Assembly: GCA_951406725.2 (NCBI GenBank)
Contig: OX597830.1
Location: 28,582,001 to 28,646,000 of the forward strand
Direction: 5' to 3'
From: Octopus vulgaris
Taxonomy: Eukaryota
DNA length: 64,000 bases
The position numbers and the translations under genes were made by a program. Below the pieces are notes generated by a model, which searched no databases, was not told the DNA's origin, and saw only the letters and a program-made list of their open reading frames with translations. Shown piece by piece: positions 14,425-30,055 of the stretch (position 1 is the first letter of the stretch; each line of letters opens with the position of its first letter).

Positions 14425-14610
14425 CCTGCATTGCGCTGTAATAGCAGAAATTCGATGAGATTTTTCTGATAACTTCACTCACTTTTAGACTTTTACACAT
14501 ACTTCCCAGACTTTTATAGAAGCCAAGAAGACTGGAAAACAGGTATGAAACATTACCTGTATTGCACTGCAATCGCAGAAATACGCTGAGATTTTTCTGA
14601 TAACTTCACT
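14425..14610. repeat. 55-bp direct repeat pair (14425-14479, 14556-14610)
   Basis: cctg.attgc.ctg.aat.gcagaaat.cg.tgagatttttctgataacttcact occurs twice, period 131 bp. Confidence 0.85.
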
Positions 14611-15140
14611 TAAGCTCTTTCATCTTTTTTCTTTCTGCCCATTTCCTTTTTGTATCTTTTGTCTTTCCTTTCTCATTTATCTGGTTAATTTTTCTTCTAA
14701 TTCACTTATTTCATTTTCTCAAACATCGCCGTTGTAATTCATCGGCAATTACTTTCCTTCAGACTCTTTCACCCTCATCCTATTATATTCTCTACCCCAG
14801 TGTTGGTTCCCTTATTTATCTTACAAGTTTCATTTCAGAAGACGACAACTAAGAAAAAGAAAAGATAAAAAATAAAACCCTGTAAGTTCTCTCCGCTGAA
14901 ACGTATCAATCACCGTTATTTAGATGTTTGTTTCGTTAATACATAACCAGATGTGTTAATCTTCCTTAATCACACATATCAATCTTTCTTAATCAGATGT
15001 ATTAATCTACCCGAATGCCACAATTCACAGATTTAAGTCCAAGCTCATAGAAAGAAAAAAAATAGCTGAAACTAAATGGGCGGTATTTCACTGCTGTTGT
15101 TGATATATCCGCTTTAACAGAATTTTCATATTTGAAAGAA

Positions 15141-15410
15141 TGGTGAAGTCGCGTGGTTTAGTGGTTAGAGTGTTTGACTCATGATGGTAACATTATCGTC
15201 TTGATTCCTGGACCGGGTGAGGCTTTGTGTTCTCGAACAAAACACTTCATTTCATGTTGCTCCAGTCCAAAGATTCCTTTCCTGTTGCTCCAGCTGGCAA
15301 AGATGAGTAATTCTGTGACGGACCGATGTCCCGTCCCTTTGGGTAATTAATACTCATGGAAACCGAGAAACTGTCCCTTATGAGTCGGCACGACTCGAGA
15401 ATGTACTTCA
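15141..15410 (+). mobile_element. Older SINE related to family C
   Basis: A box tggtttagtgg. The core ctgtgacggaccgatgtcccgtcc and ggaaaccgagaaactg...gactcgagaa are shared with family C. Confidence 0.75.
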
Positions 15411-15995
15411 TATTTAAAGGAAATATAGACTTGATTTTCTACATTCAAATACTATTCTAAATAAATGTCAAGACAGGATCCTTGAAGAATGAGGTAAAAG
15501 TTCGAACGTTAGGATAAAGCCTGGTTTATGGGCAAGTACACTTACGACAACATAGATTTGATCCAAGTTACGTGAAGGAATTTTGGAAAATGAAGAGAGA
15601 GAAAAATCTGTAGAATACTATCGAATGGACTGCACCTGTATTCTGATGGTCAACCTGCATCAAGCTAGTGATGATACTAATTCTACTTGAGAATCCCATA
15701 AAGCATACACGAGCTATCAGCAGTCCTGGTACTTTACACATTAAATCAATGAGCAAGTCCTCCTTTCCACCCGGCTGATGGTGCCTCATACACTGTGGGA
15801 GGGTAGTACATTTTGACACATATGCAAACATACACATGAACACAGATAAACACACACATACACACACACAAACACACACACAAATATACATACACACACA
15901 CACACATATATATATATACATATATGCATATGTACACACGCATCTATATTCATATATATACAGACATTTATTCATATATATATATATATATATAT

Positions 15996-16092
15996 ATATA
16001 CTTTATTCAAAAGCAGCAGAAAATTCAACAAATCCTGTTACTCTGAGTAACAGGTTTTGTTGAATTTTCTACTGCTTTTGAATAAAGTATAT
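15996..16092. repeat. Near-perfect 97-bp palindrome
   Basis: 48-bp arms atatactttattcaaaagcagcagaaaattcaacaaatcctgttactc / gagtaacagg...aataaagtatat around T16044, with two mismatches. Confidence 0.95.
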
Positions 16093-16154
16093 TACTCTAC
16101 CCCTGGTATTTGAGTACTCTTTTTCCACCTTGTTTCACATTTATGTGTTTACTC

Positions 16155-16226
<72 letters not shown>

Positions 16227-16814
16227 TGTATATATTCATAAATTTATAATGTTTGCGCCGCGTGTGTATGCGCATGTCTAAGTTTATGTATATACATTAA
16301 AACCATAGCTAATTCATATTAATTGCACAAAGAAGGGAACTTAATCATTGCAGAACGACATATATCACAGCTAATAAGTAATATTTAAGCAAGCATATGC
16401 ATAATGTCATGATTCCAAACATGAATAAACAAAGCAGAGATTTCCAGAAATAGCTTATTTCCTAATACGTTGGATCATACATTATGCAGTATATCCAATG
16501 AATATAGCATATTTCCTTTGTATTTCATATAATTACTAAATAGAAATTAGATAGGTTCACACTTTAACGAATAAATGTACAGACGAATAAATACCTCACG
16601 TTTTTAAACGTCAATAAATACGCATATATGTTTCTTTAAACGCTGAAACATTCATACTCACTCTCTAACGCTTTTCAAAGCATAAACATACAATTCTGCG
16701 CACGCGATTTTGACAAAGACAGACACGTTATTTGCTTACACACAAACTTTGCCTCCCTCCATCTAAATATTATCCTCTATCTTACCCAACCTCTCTCTCT
16801 CTTTCTTTCTCTCA

Positions 16815-16861
<47 letters not shown>

Positions 16862-17087
16862 AATATATGCATATATACAAGTATATACATATACATATAT
16901 ATTGGCCTCTACGTTACTAACTTTCTATTTATCAATCTATCTTATACATGTACCTCTATCTCTTTCTCTCTGTGTTTCTATCTCAGAATCTCCCTCTCTC
17001 TCACTCTCTTTCTCTCTCTCTCTATGTAGTTATCTATATATATATATAATTGCCTCCATGTTTCTCTCTCTCCCCATCTCTCTCTCC

Positions 17088-17154
<67 letters not shown>

Positions 17155-17883
17155 CCTCTCGTATATCTGTTTATACACCCGCTCGTTAGCACATACAAAG
17201 TATATAACTGAACGAGGTGTTGTAAGAAAATAGGAGAAACATAGCGTTGCCAAGTGACGGTTGTTAGAAAGAAAGTAGAATTGCTAAAATTTATTATTTG
17301 TACTTTAATTCCCAGACTTTTACAGGAGCCAGGAAGGCTGGTAAAAATCAGACCTGATATAATCAGAATGAAGACTAAAATAAATTTTATGTTTAACACA
17401 AACTTCTCTAAACATCCTTTGTCCATTCTTATTAAAGAATCTCTTTTAGTCTTTTTCACTGCGGCTATAACTAATTTACACTGACCATCCGCAAGTTAAA
17501 AGGACATCTGAAGTATAAGAACGTTGATATAATCTTATATTCATATAATGATTTATATAAAGCGGTATGTGGATATATACATATATTATATTCCCCTATC
17601 GCTTTATATGAATCATTGCATGTGTATGTGTGTGTATGCATGTATATTTGGGAAGAACCCCGTGTATGTATGTGTATCTCTATGCGTATGTTGAAGTATA
17701 AATCCACGTGATGTATACATGAATATAATATGCATATAGTATGCATGTGTATGTTTGTATGTATGTATGTGGGAAAAAGCATGGTTCAGTAGTTAAAGAG
17801 TCGTGTTTACAATTGAGAGGTTGTGTGATTCCTGCACCGGTCTGTGTGTTGTGTAATTGGAAAAAGACACTTCATGTTGTTCC

Positions 17884-17885
<2 letters not shown>

Positions 17886-17975
<90 letters not shown>

Positions 17976-17984
17976 ATATATATA

Positions 17985-18025
<41 letters not shown>

Positions 18026-18048
18026 GTCTGTCAGTCTGTCTGTCTCGC

Positions 18049-18110
<62 letters not shown>
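17886..18110. repeat. Compound (TATC)n-(TC)n-(TA)n microsatellite
   Basis: Directly visible. Confidence 0.95.
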
Positions 18111-18113
<3 letters not shown>

Positions 18114-18624
18114 TTAGAGTAAGAGATACCACCACGCTGGAAATACCAGTCAAAACTTGACTCTAAAATCGCATTAAATGTTCATACAGCAACAAGAGAG
18201 AAGACAAAGAGACAATTAGACTAGCAAAAACCCGGAATTCTGACTTTACATAAGAAATGCTGTGCCTTCATCAGTGGAATATACTCAGATAGCACATAAA
18301 TGCAAATATATATATATACAACATACGATATACTTGCATATACGAATGTAAACATACATATATATGCACAAATGCACACGACCAGTTTAAATTGCCCGCC
18401 TTGCAAGATATATACAGGGTAGCGAATATTCTTAGAAATTTCACCACCAGTGGCATAGCATGTATGAACATTATAAATTATATGTTAGTTGTTAAGGCGC
18501 GGTTACTGATGAGGATTCGCCTAGCAAATTATTTGTATTTGACAAAGAAATCAACAGAATATTGTAGACATTAAAGTTTTTCAATTTTCTAGAGATGATC
18601 GTTTGTAAGTTATTATCATTATTA

Positions 18625-18830
18625 AGCTCGCGGAATCATTAGCACGCTGGACGAAATACTTTGCGGCATTTAGCCCGTCTCTACGTTCTGAGTTCAAATA
18701 CCTCCATGGTCGACTTTGCCTTTCAACCTTTCTGGGTCGATTAATGAAGTTCTAGTGAAATACTAGGGTCGATGTAATCGACTTATCCCTCCACAGAAAG
18801 TGTTGCCGTTGTGGAAAAATTTGAAACCAT
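18625..18830 (+). mobile_element. SINE family B
   Basis: ttagcacgctggacgaaat...gagttcaaat...gtcgactttgcctttca, followed by an ATT-like tail. Confidence 0.85.
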
Positions 18831-18854
18831 TAATATTATTATCATTATTAAACT

Positions 18855-19192
<338 letters not shown>

Positions 19193-19571
19193 CATATACA
19201 CTGAATAGATTAGACGGAAAAGAAAAGAATCATAAAATCGGGTTATAACAAGTAGCCTTAGATGTCAAGAACGCTCCTATTGGGTTACAGCCCGTAACCT
19301 TATATGTCAAGAACCATTGCAATTATCCTAGCTGTCCCCAATAACACTGTTTTCTGCAGCTGTACTAAACAGGGTTGTATGCCTATTTCTTCTATCTATC
19401 TGTTCAGATCTTTAGGAATAGTTCCCATTTCACATATAACTGCTGGGATACATATTACCCGCACTTTTCATAGTCTCTGTAATTCAGTAGCTAAGTCCTG
19501 GTAATTTTTTTCTATGATTCTCATATCAATTTTTCATCATTTGGGACTGTAACGTAAACTATATAGCACTT
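19193..19571 (-). mobile_element. R4/Dong-type RLE LINE (element A): ORF C-terminus and 3' UTR
   Basis: Minus-strand translation KCYIVYVTVPND...YQDLATELQRL*KVRVICIPAV...GTIPKDL...LQKTVLLGTARIIAMVLDI*. The 3' end runs into (TAA)n. Confidence 0.85.
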
Positions 19572-21629
<2,058 letters not shown>

Positions 21630-23520
21630 TCAATTTGTGACCATTTCTTACCGATTGTCTTCTCGACACACGGGCAAATAAACTCACTGTATACATTAAG
21701 CTATTAAATGAACACATCAATTTTTCATTTATAAAGTGAAGATGTGACAGAAAAGAGGGAAAAAAGAAAGGAAAAACGATAAAAGGGAAAACATCTTTGA
21801 AATATAAAAAGAAAATAAAGCAAAAAGGGGGGAAAGGATTAGAAATTCATAGCGACAATGTCTCCACAATACGTGTGACATACCGGTTTAAGCAATTTTT
21901 CACTTCCCCCAGTGGTGGAAGTCACGGATCAATCTCAAATAATTTTCACTTCCTTTTTTAATGATTCCAATTGCTCCTAGAATCACTAGTATTGTAACTG
22001 TTTTGAGGTGTCACATTTTTTCGATTTTCTAACCCTGTCAAATTCTTAAGGAATGCTCATGTCAATCAACAAACTGACTCGAGTTCTTCTTTCACATCAA
22101 TATCCCGTTTATTAGCATTGATGGTTCTGTCTGTATGTACTGGATAATTCCAAAGAATTGTCACATTTTCTCCTACAGTTACAGTCTCGGGTGGTACATA
22201 GACCATTTGTTAGCAGTTTTAATTTTATAGTTCCGGCATAGCAACTGGTGTAGGTAGTGGCCAACTGTCTCATGTCTTGATTATACTCTATAGGTGCTAA
22301 AATTTTCTATCCAGTGATTAGATGTTTCAAGCTCATCGTTGCAGTATCTTCTCCGTTTTCATCACATTGGCTTGCTAGTTTCAGATCAATAAGCTCTGAT
22401 CTTGAGCAGCTTAGATGAAACCATAGCTCACTGCCTGTAGCCCTGAGCTACGTATCCACTGATTGGTGTGCTTATCAGCCTGTTTGCTACGGGCTACATA
22501 TATGACATGCAGAGGCTTTTGTTTCCACGCCTAAGCTCACCGATTTCAACTTTTATGCAACAACAGCTACTACACTTACATCATGCTGTTCAACATGGAT
22601 ATTATGCAGGAAGTCAATAGCAAATTTTTTTGTTCTCCTTCATGACAGAATGACGCTTCTTACGTTTCTCGTGATTTTCAAAGAGATTTAGCATCCAGTC
22701 GATAGATGCTTCAAGATATATGGCCAGTCCAAATGTAGTTTTAGACCGTAGGAGGTACAGACGATTTTGATCTGCTTTTAGGCGGTGCATCTTATTTCAA
22801 GTCAGCAGCTTACCTATTCTCCTGACAATTTTCTTTTTATTTTGCTGATATACCAGTTCAACACATTGAAGTTATAAATAACAACTGGAACTGCTAGCGA
22901 ATTTATGGCTAACACCTTGTAGCGTGAATTTAGCTAAGATCTCTACTGTAACATTTCTTCCTGATTTTCTCTTTCAAGTTTGAATACTGAATGCCAGAGC
23001 CTTTACTTATTCCGAAGTATTTGTAAGTTCGTTTCTGATCAAGATCTCTTTTGACTGTGTCAACATCTAACAAGACTGAATCTGAGGTCTTCAATTCCCC
23101 TTCCTAGAAAGTGGCCTAGGCACATCTATAAAGACCAAATTCAATCCCGATATCTTCACTGTATGCTTTCACAATACGTAATATGCCTTGAAATTCATTA
23201 TTGTATTTGCCATAGAGTTTTAAGTCGTCCATATAAAATACGGGGCTTAATTTCTTATTCTTAATTTTATACCCATATCCAGTTCTATTAGGTTTTAAGG
23301 GTGAAAGCGTGTCATCTTGAAAAGTTCCACAATTAATGTGAATATTGTCTGAAGTCTGTACTCAATTAGAGCGGCATAATTCGTTTTTCACCCTGACTTG
23401 TTATGTTTCAGGAGGAAAGAAATTCTAGAAGAAATTTTGAAATTATTCAGCGATTTTAAGATCCATGAATGCGGTATGCTGTCAAATGACTTTTTATAAT
23501 CAATCCACGCGGAACCGAAA
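21630..23520 (-). mobile_element. R4/Dong-type RLE LINE (element B), 5'-truncated and degenerate
   Basis: Minus strand gives AWIDYKKSFDSIPHSWILKSL, GTFQDDTLSP, FYMDDLKLYGK (RT), AAQDQSL, RHETVGHYLHQLLC and ILWNYPVHTDRT. ORF ends near 21847; the 3' UTR ends at (TAA)n. Confidence 0.9.
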
Positions 23521-23551
<31 letters not shown>

Positions 23552-23552
23552 G

Positions 23553-23597
<45 letters not shown>

Positions 23598-23636
23598 GTA
23601 CTACTACTACTACTACTGCTACTGCTGCTGCTGCTA
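23521..23636. repeat. (ACT/GCT)n array
   Basis: Directly visible. Confidence 0.95.
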
Positions 23637-24229
23637 TAAAGTAGCGATGTATAATTTTTAAGAGAACATAGTGTATAACTTTGTTTTTTTTTGTCTTACT
23701 GATACAATATAAAGGATTCAGTGAATCCATGTTGATATACTATTACTAAAGTCCTTACATCACCGAGTGTATTGCAACTAAATTCTCTCCTGCAAATAGG
23801 TTTGAAACAGGGGAAAATATCTACCAAATGCAAAGGAATCGGAAAACAACCAATAATGTTACATGATGACTATAACGGGAAATCTAAAAAAATATAGAAT
23901 TATGTGTCAAAACTTGCAAGAAATTGGCTCACATTCGCACATATATTCGCATAGTGGTCAGCCCTTACAAATTGCAAGATATGACATGGATCAACAAGGA
24001 TATAAAAGAAAAAATTTTAAAAATGTAATTGTAAGCAAATCATATACACGAAAGTTTAGTAAAATGACATTTAATAATGGATATGTCCAACATGTTCACT
24101 AGAAAAATATAAATAATAACTCCGACGCTCAAGTTCAGATGGGATCGACCAAAATGAGTTATCAAATATTCACTTCTCATCGAAAGTAACAAGCAGAAAA
24201 TATTATGCAACTTTAAAATGCAGACCAGT

Positions 24230-24480
24230 GGATAATATTTAATATACTTGACAACATGTTACATGTCACAATTCAGAATAGAGTGTTAATAATTGACATA
24301 TCAATCGACACCAGATCGATATATCAAAATCAAAATGACAATAATATTGTGTCAGAATGAACTGAAAAGCTAATGAATTACATAGATTTAGCTCTTGAAT
24401 TAAATTATATAACGGAATTTATGAAATATGTCCATCAACGTATTTGTAATCAATACAGCTGGAAGGATACAGTATCACGT
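24230..24480 (+). mobile_element. Possible very old RLE-LINE C-terminal remnant
   Basis: Patchy translation VLIIDISI...NDNNIVSE*TEKL..YIDLALEL resembles the RLE D...EK..KY.DL motif. Confidence 0.35.
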
Positions 24481-24666
24481 TTTTGAACACATAAATATGC
24501 TATCAACAAGATTGGTATACTGACTTCCAGGTAGATATTAGTAACCGAAGGAGTTACATTCGGATACAGAGATAAGATGCGTCATAATATAACAGTTACA
24601 GCAGTGTGACGGTAATGGGACACGCCCCACTAACATATCGATTAGATCACGCTAGCAAATATGATA

Positions 24667-24894
24667 TACTCTTTACTCTTTTACTCTATTACTTGTTTCA
24701 GTAATTTGACTGCAGCCATGCTGGAGCACCGCCTTTCAGTCGAGCTAATCGCCCCCAGGACTTATTGTTCGTAAGGCTATTACTTATTCTATCGGTCTCT
24801 TTTGCCGAGCCGCTAAGTTACGGGGACGTAAACACACCAGCATCGGTTGTCAAGCGATGTTGGGGAAACAAACACAGACACAAACACCCCCCCC

Positions 24895-24966
<72 letters not shown>

Positions 24967-25130
24967 CGACGGGATTCTTTCAGTTTCCGTCTACCAAATC
25001 CACTTACAAGGCTTTGGTCGACCCGAGGCTATAGTAGAAGGCACCTTGCCCAAACTGCCACGCAGTGGGACTGAACCCGAAACCATGTGGTTGGTAAGCA
25101 AGCTACTTAACACACAGCCATTCCTGCACC
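24667..25130 (-). mobile_element. SINE family A, full length
   Basis: Reverse complement head ggtgcaggaatggctgtgtgttaag, B box gggttcagtccc, internal (TA)n, tail ggcggtgctccagcatggctgcagtcaaattactgaaacaagtaa plus (agagtaaa)-like repeats. Confidence 0.92.
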
Positions 25131-25551
25131 TGAACGATTATATTACCGTACTGAATCGGATCGTGAAATATCACAAAAAGACAACTACTGAATTCAGCGT
25201 CTTGTATCATTAGCGTAGTGATAGGGCTTGTATAGTGATATTGCTCTATTTAATATTCATATGCACGATAGCATTATCTTACCGAATAAAGATAAGTATT
25301 TTATCAGCGTACAACTCAATTAATTATGGATAATGAGTTCACAGTAATTATGGTGCATTGCAGCTACTAAGAAATGGGCGCCCAAGTGTTGTCCACTCAG
25401 ATTATGTTTGTAGTACTGTTTGATTTAAGGGATTTTTAGTAGACACAGAAACCACAATGTGCAGAGTTATTAATTTTTATTATGCACAAGCGTTATGGGT
25501 GATAAGTGAATGCCTAACACATAAATAATTATCAAAAATAGCTACAGGTCA

Positions 25552-25890
25552 GGCGGCGTGCTGGCAGAATCGTTAGCACGCCGGGCGAAATGTTTAGCGG
25601 AATTTCGGCTGTCTTTACGTTCTGGGTTCAAATTCCGCCGAGGTCGACATTGCCTTTCATGCTTTTGGAGTCGATTAAATAAGTACCAGTTACGTACTGA
25701 GGTCGATATGATCGACTTAATCCGTTTGTCTGTCCTTGTTTGTTCATTCTATGTTTAGCCCCTTGTGGGTAGTAAAGAAATAGGTATTTCATCTCGATAA
25801 AATGAGTGGCAGTTGAAAACTGGGATCGATGTAACCTACTATACATACCTCTCTCTCAAAATTTCAGGTCTTGTCTCTAGAGTAGAAAAG
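25552..25890 (+). mobile_element. SINE family B, long/dimeric form
   Basis: Head and core, linker gccccttgtgggtagtaaagaaataggtatttc, then a second partial core and tail. Confidence 0.9.
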
Positions 25891-26350
25891 ATTATTGTTA
25901 CTATAGCTAATTTAATCGTTATTATCAGTGATCTCGGTGTTACATTTAATTCTCATTCACAGCATACATTCGCGCATTTTAACAATAATGATAGGGGTAC
26001 AAAAATACACATTACTTGATTTCACGTTCATCTAAACTCAAAAATGTAATCGCTAATTTTATACTTCTGTAAAGCTTACAGAATTCGGTCAATTACTAAG
26101 TCTTAACCATAATCAACTGGTTTCTCTAACTCTCATCATCGAATCATTTTTCTTTGACTGTCAAGTTTTATTTCTCCTTCTTTCACTTCCCTTAGTCTCA
26201 CTTTCTCTATGTTTGTTTGCCCTTATACGATATCATTCTTTCACTCTTACCCACCTCTTCTATCTCTGCAACTCTGTGGATTCTTTGCAATACACCAACA
26301 AAGCTGTGGCTGATATCAATTCACTAGTTAATATTGCATCAAAATTTACT

Positions 26351-26650
26351 GTTTGTTTCTTCTCGAGCCACGCCTGGCTCATATGGCCGGTTTCCCGGTT
26401 TCCTTGGCTTATAGGTTCCCCAACTGGACGGGACGCCGGTCCGTCGTAGATGAGCTGCAAGATGCAGGTGGAAAGAGTGAAAAAAAGTTGTGACGAAAGA
26501 GTCAACAGAAGTTCGCCATTACCTTCTGTCGGAGCCGCGTGGAGTTTAGGTGTTTTCGCTCATAAACACACACACATCGGTCTGAGATTCGAACCCGCGA
26601 TCCCTCGACCGCGAGTCCGCTGTTCTAACCACTAGGCCATGTGCCTCCAC
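26351..26650 (-). mobile_element. SINE family C, full length
   Basis: Reverse complement ggaggcacatggcctagtggttagaacagcggactcgcggtcgagggatcgcgggttcgaatc. Probable TSD tcaaaattt on both flanks. Confidence 0.92.
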
Positions 26651-26882
26651 TCAAAATTTGCTACTATCAACTTATTCAAATGTGTACTCAAAGCGACAGC
26701 CCCCTTCCTGCTTCTCTCTGCTCTGCACCTAAAAATTATTATCTTGTTGACTTATAGTCCATTTTATGCATGATTTCTCGTTTCTGCTCTCTCCTCTCTC
26801 TCCTACCTTCCTTGTGTATAAATGTATGAGTATCTATGTGTCTCTCTCTCTATCTATCTATCTCTACATACATACATTTAGA

Positions 26883-26917
<35 letters not shown>

Positions 26918-27234
26918 ATATACACCAATAATGTTTTTATACAAGTTGTCTATAAGGAAATTTCTGCAGCGAAGATTATACCGCGTCCGAATGCACAAGG
27001 AGGTGTTGAATATAATTATACACGCATATAATTAAATCAACCCTGCTTTTGCGCTTTCGTTTAATTAATTCCAAATTCAGCAAGCTCGGTGCACATCAGC
27101 AAATATACTTTTTCCTGTCTAAATATATAAAGGGCTCTTTCTCAGGAGGCAACAACCGATGCATTCTATGCCGGTAGGTGATGGAGTGTAACAACGCAGA
27201 AACGTATGTGTCTCACTCTCCAATGACGTCAAGT

Positions 27235-27370
27235 GTCAGTCGATTACATCGATCCTAACACTTGACTTTTATTTACTTTTAACAACGTTGAAAGGATTAA
27301 AGCAAAGATCATCTCGGCGGGATTTCTACTAAAAACGCAAAACATTTTGTCGGACGCACACGCTGGCGTA
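27235..27370 (-). mobile_element. Degenerate SINE family B fragment
   Basis: cgattacatcga...gaaaggattaaagcaaagatcatctcggcggga resembles the reverse complement of the family B core. Confidence 0.55.
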
Positions 27371-27539
27371 ATTTCAATTGTAATTATATAACGGAAAGTA
27401 TCAAACATAAAAGAAATTTTCTCTCATTGTATTTAGCAGCTCTTTAGCTAATAGCACACCTTTTATCAGCTTCGACAAAGGTTTGATTAAAATACCACTA
27501 ACAAACTGATTTGTGGCCATCCCTCTTTCGTTCTATGCT

Positions 27540-27800
27540 GTTTATATCTTTGTAATAAACGTAATCCTTGAGACCTTGCTTGCAGTTTTCTATCAATATA
27601 TTCCCATACCTTCTACTATATTAACATCGGATCTCTGAGGAAACCATTTCATAGATTCACTTGTGTGAGTCCTTTTTCAGCCTTCTGATAACTAATTTGA
27701 ATTACATGGAGCTTATTTTTGTCTCTACTTGTGCACATCTTATCATTTTGTACGTTGGTATATATACATAACAGCCACCTTTTCAAGTGCCTCGTAGATC
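27540..27800 (-). mobile_element. Possible degenerate Tc1 C-terminal remnant
   Basis: Minus-strand MKWFPQRSDVNIVE resembles the Tc1 motif WPPQSPDLNIIE. Confidence 0.4.
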
Positions 27801-27949
27801 CATGAAGCCCGGTTTGTTTTCCTCATTGTAGTAATGCACTAACTCTTTCACGTTTACATATTACTTGCGAAGGCATAAGCCTTCTAAGTTTACTTTTGTT
27901 GCAAAACATAACGCTCTGAACTGAAAATCTAAGACAATTTTATTATGAC

Positions 27950-28720
27950 AGAATTTATACATGCTCAAAACTCGTCTTGCTTGTGCCTGAACTCTTTTGA
28001 CTAGTCGTACATTTTAGTCTTATTCCATCAATCTGCCAATCTTCTCTGAGCGGGTATTGTGAATAGAAACATGTCTCGCCCACTTCAGAGGCTTCTGTTA
28101 GAAACTATCGTGTAGAGTTTCCCACTGGATTTCCAAGTGAGACAACAAATATTATCCAACCATCACGTTTTTGGTCTGTCACTAGGTCTTCCGCCGGATG
28201 CCTCCCCTGTAAGGGTCTGTCTTGTAATTCTTTCCTGCTATGATCTAATCGCATGTCACAAAGATTTCACGCAGTAAAATCTCAATGCGAGAAATCCCTG
28301 CTTGTCCTGGAGTCCTCTTAATCTCCGAGTTATGCATCCTGTCGAGTAACGTCACTCCAGAAATCCTTCGGAAGAATACCATTTCGGCCGCTTGTATTCG
28401 CGACCGTATGCTTTTATCATTATTAACATTTCAAATCAGTCATTTCTTTGTTGCCACTTTACAGCCTTATCCTAAGTCTTTTAATATATCACTTCAACAA
28501 TATAGTGAAATATCCAAAGAAAATGCCTCAATAGCAACCGATGAAAGTCGGGGTTGAATAATCACCTCTTATCTGGTGTCTTTGTCACACACCTCTCAGA
28601 TCTCTTCTTCAAACGGCAACGCCCTCCTTCAATCCGCTGCTTGATTATGTTATTCAATATTTGATGACCAATGCGGATAAAATGAGATATGTCTCGATTA
28701 AGCTTTGCTCGTTGATACCA
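27950..28720 (-). mobile_element. Degenerate RTE-clade LINE fragment(s)
   Basis: Minus-strand KSIRSRIQAAEMVFFRRISGVTLLDRMHNSEIK and LKWARHV are RTE-type post-RT motifs. Confidence 0.7.
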
Positions 28721-28871
28721 GTGGGAGATTTAGCCGTGTGTAAATTCAACAATTATTGTTCTGAATTCGGTTCTTTTCTTTTTATTTCGAATTAAAGCAC
28801 ATATTCATATATGGCACTGCAAAGAAAAGATGTCTGAGTTTAAAAAGGAACAAAGAAATACATGATATGTG

Positions 28872-28928
<57 letters not shown>

Positions 28929-29190
28929 TTTATGTGTGTGCATGTGCGCGTAAGCGTGTCTGTGTATGTGTTTATAAATATACATATAAGTATTTATATA
29001 TGCGTGTGTGTGTGTGTGCATGAGTCTGTAAGAGAGAGAGACAAAGAGAGACAGGCAGACAGAGAGAAAGACAACGGTAGAATAGGTCTTTATACATGTT
29101 AACAAAGGCACACACACATGTACATATAAACATATATATAGAGCGAAAGACAGAGAGAGCAAGAGAGAGTTAGAAATAGAGAGAGAGAGA

Positions 29191-29223
<33 letters not shown>

Positions 29224-29254
29224 GAGTAAATGAAGCCACGGAGATAATGAAATA

Positions 29255-29650
29255 ATCGTTTCTACTCTTGGCACAAAGCTCTAAATTTTGGGGAAGGAGT
29301 CAGTCGATTAGATCAACCGCAGAACGCAATTGGTACTTAAGTTATCGACCCCGAATGCATGAAAGGCAAAGTCGACCTCAGCGGAATTTGATCTCAGAAC
29401 GTAACGGCAAACGAAATACCTATGTCTTTAATAACCACAGGGGCTAAACACAGAGAGGACAAAGAAGGACAGACAACAAACTGATTAAGTCGATTATATC
29501 GGCACCAGTGCGTAACTGGTACTTATTTAATCGACTCCGAAAGGATGAAAGACAAAGTCGACCTCAGCGGAATTTGAACTCAGAACGTAGCGGCAGACGA
29601 AATACCGCTAAGCACTTCGCCCAGCGTGCTGACGATTCTCCCAGCTCGCC
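29255..29650 (-). mobile_element. SINE family B, dimeric
   Basis: Two copies of gtcgacctcagcggaatttga.ctcagaacgta; head ggcgagctgggagaatcg on the minus strand. Confidence 0.92.
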
Positions 29651-29865
29651 GACTTGGTGAGAAAAGTGCAGGAAGCGGTAAATCGTAATTAACGGAAAGA
29701 ACAACACAAAAAAAGAGTGTGTGTACGTGCTTAGGCATAGATACAAGTGTACTATTCAGTATGAGTGTATGCTACTTTCTCTGACCCTCTCACATTTTAC
29801 AATCTCCACCACATACATACATGCATACATACATACATACATACGTACAAACAAACATACATACA

Positions 29866-29925
29866 TGGCGGTGCCCCAGCATGGCCACAGCTCATGAGCT
29901 GAAACTAGAATCAATCAATCAATCA
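29866..29925 (+). mobile_element. Extreme 3' stub of a CR1/L2-like LINE with (AATC)n tail
   Basis: ggcggtgccccagcatggccacagctcatgagctgaaactaga matches the LINE 3' end at 42922-42969. Confidence 0.7.
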
Positions 29926-30055
29926 TACATATATATATATGTAATAAATCCCCCCTCCCCCAAAAAAGAACAAACGCAAGAAACAAAAGCAAAGACAACG
30001 AGAGGATGTGGTAGATGGAATGCATTACAGAACGCCCAGGGAAGGAAAGAAAGGT

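Noticed and set aside
14425-14610. CRISPR-like repeat-spacer-repeat
   Set aside because: Only two 55-bp imperfect repeats, eukaryotic context and no cas genes.
26575-26650. tRNA gene candidate (also 11976, 49380-49454, 51100-51172)
   Set aside because: These are tRNA-derived SINE heads continuous with SINE bodies, and no acceptor stem is closed.
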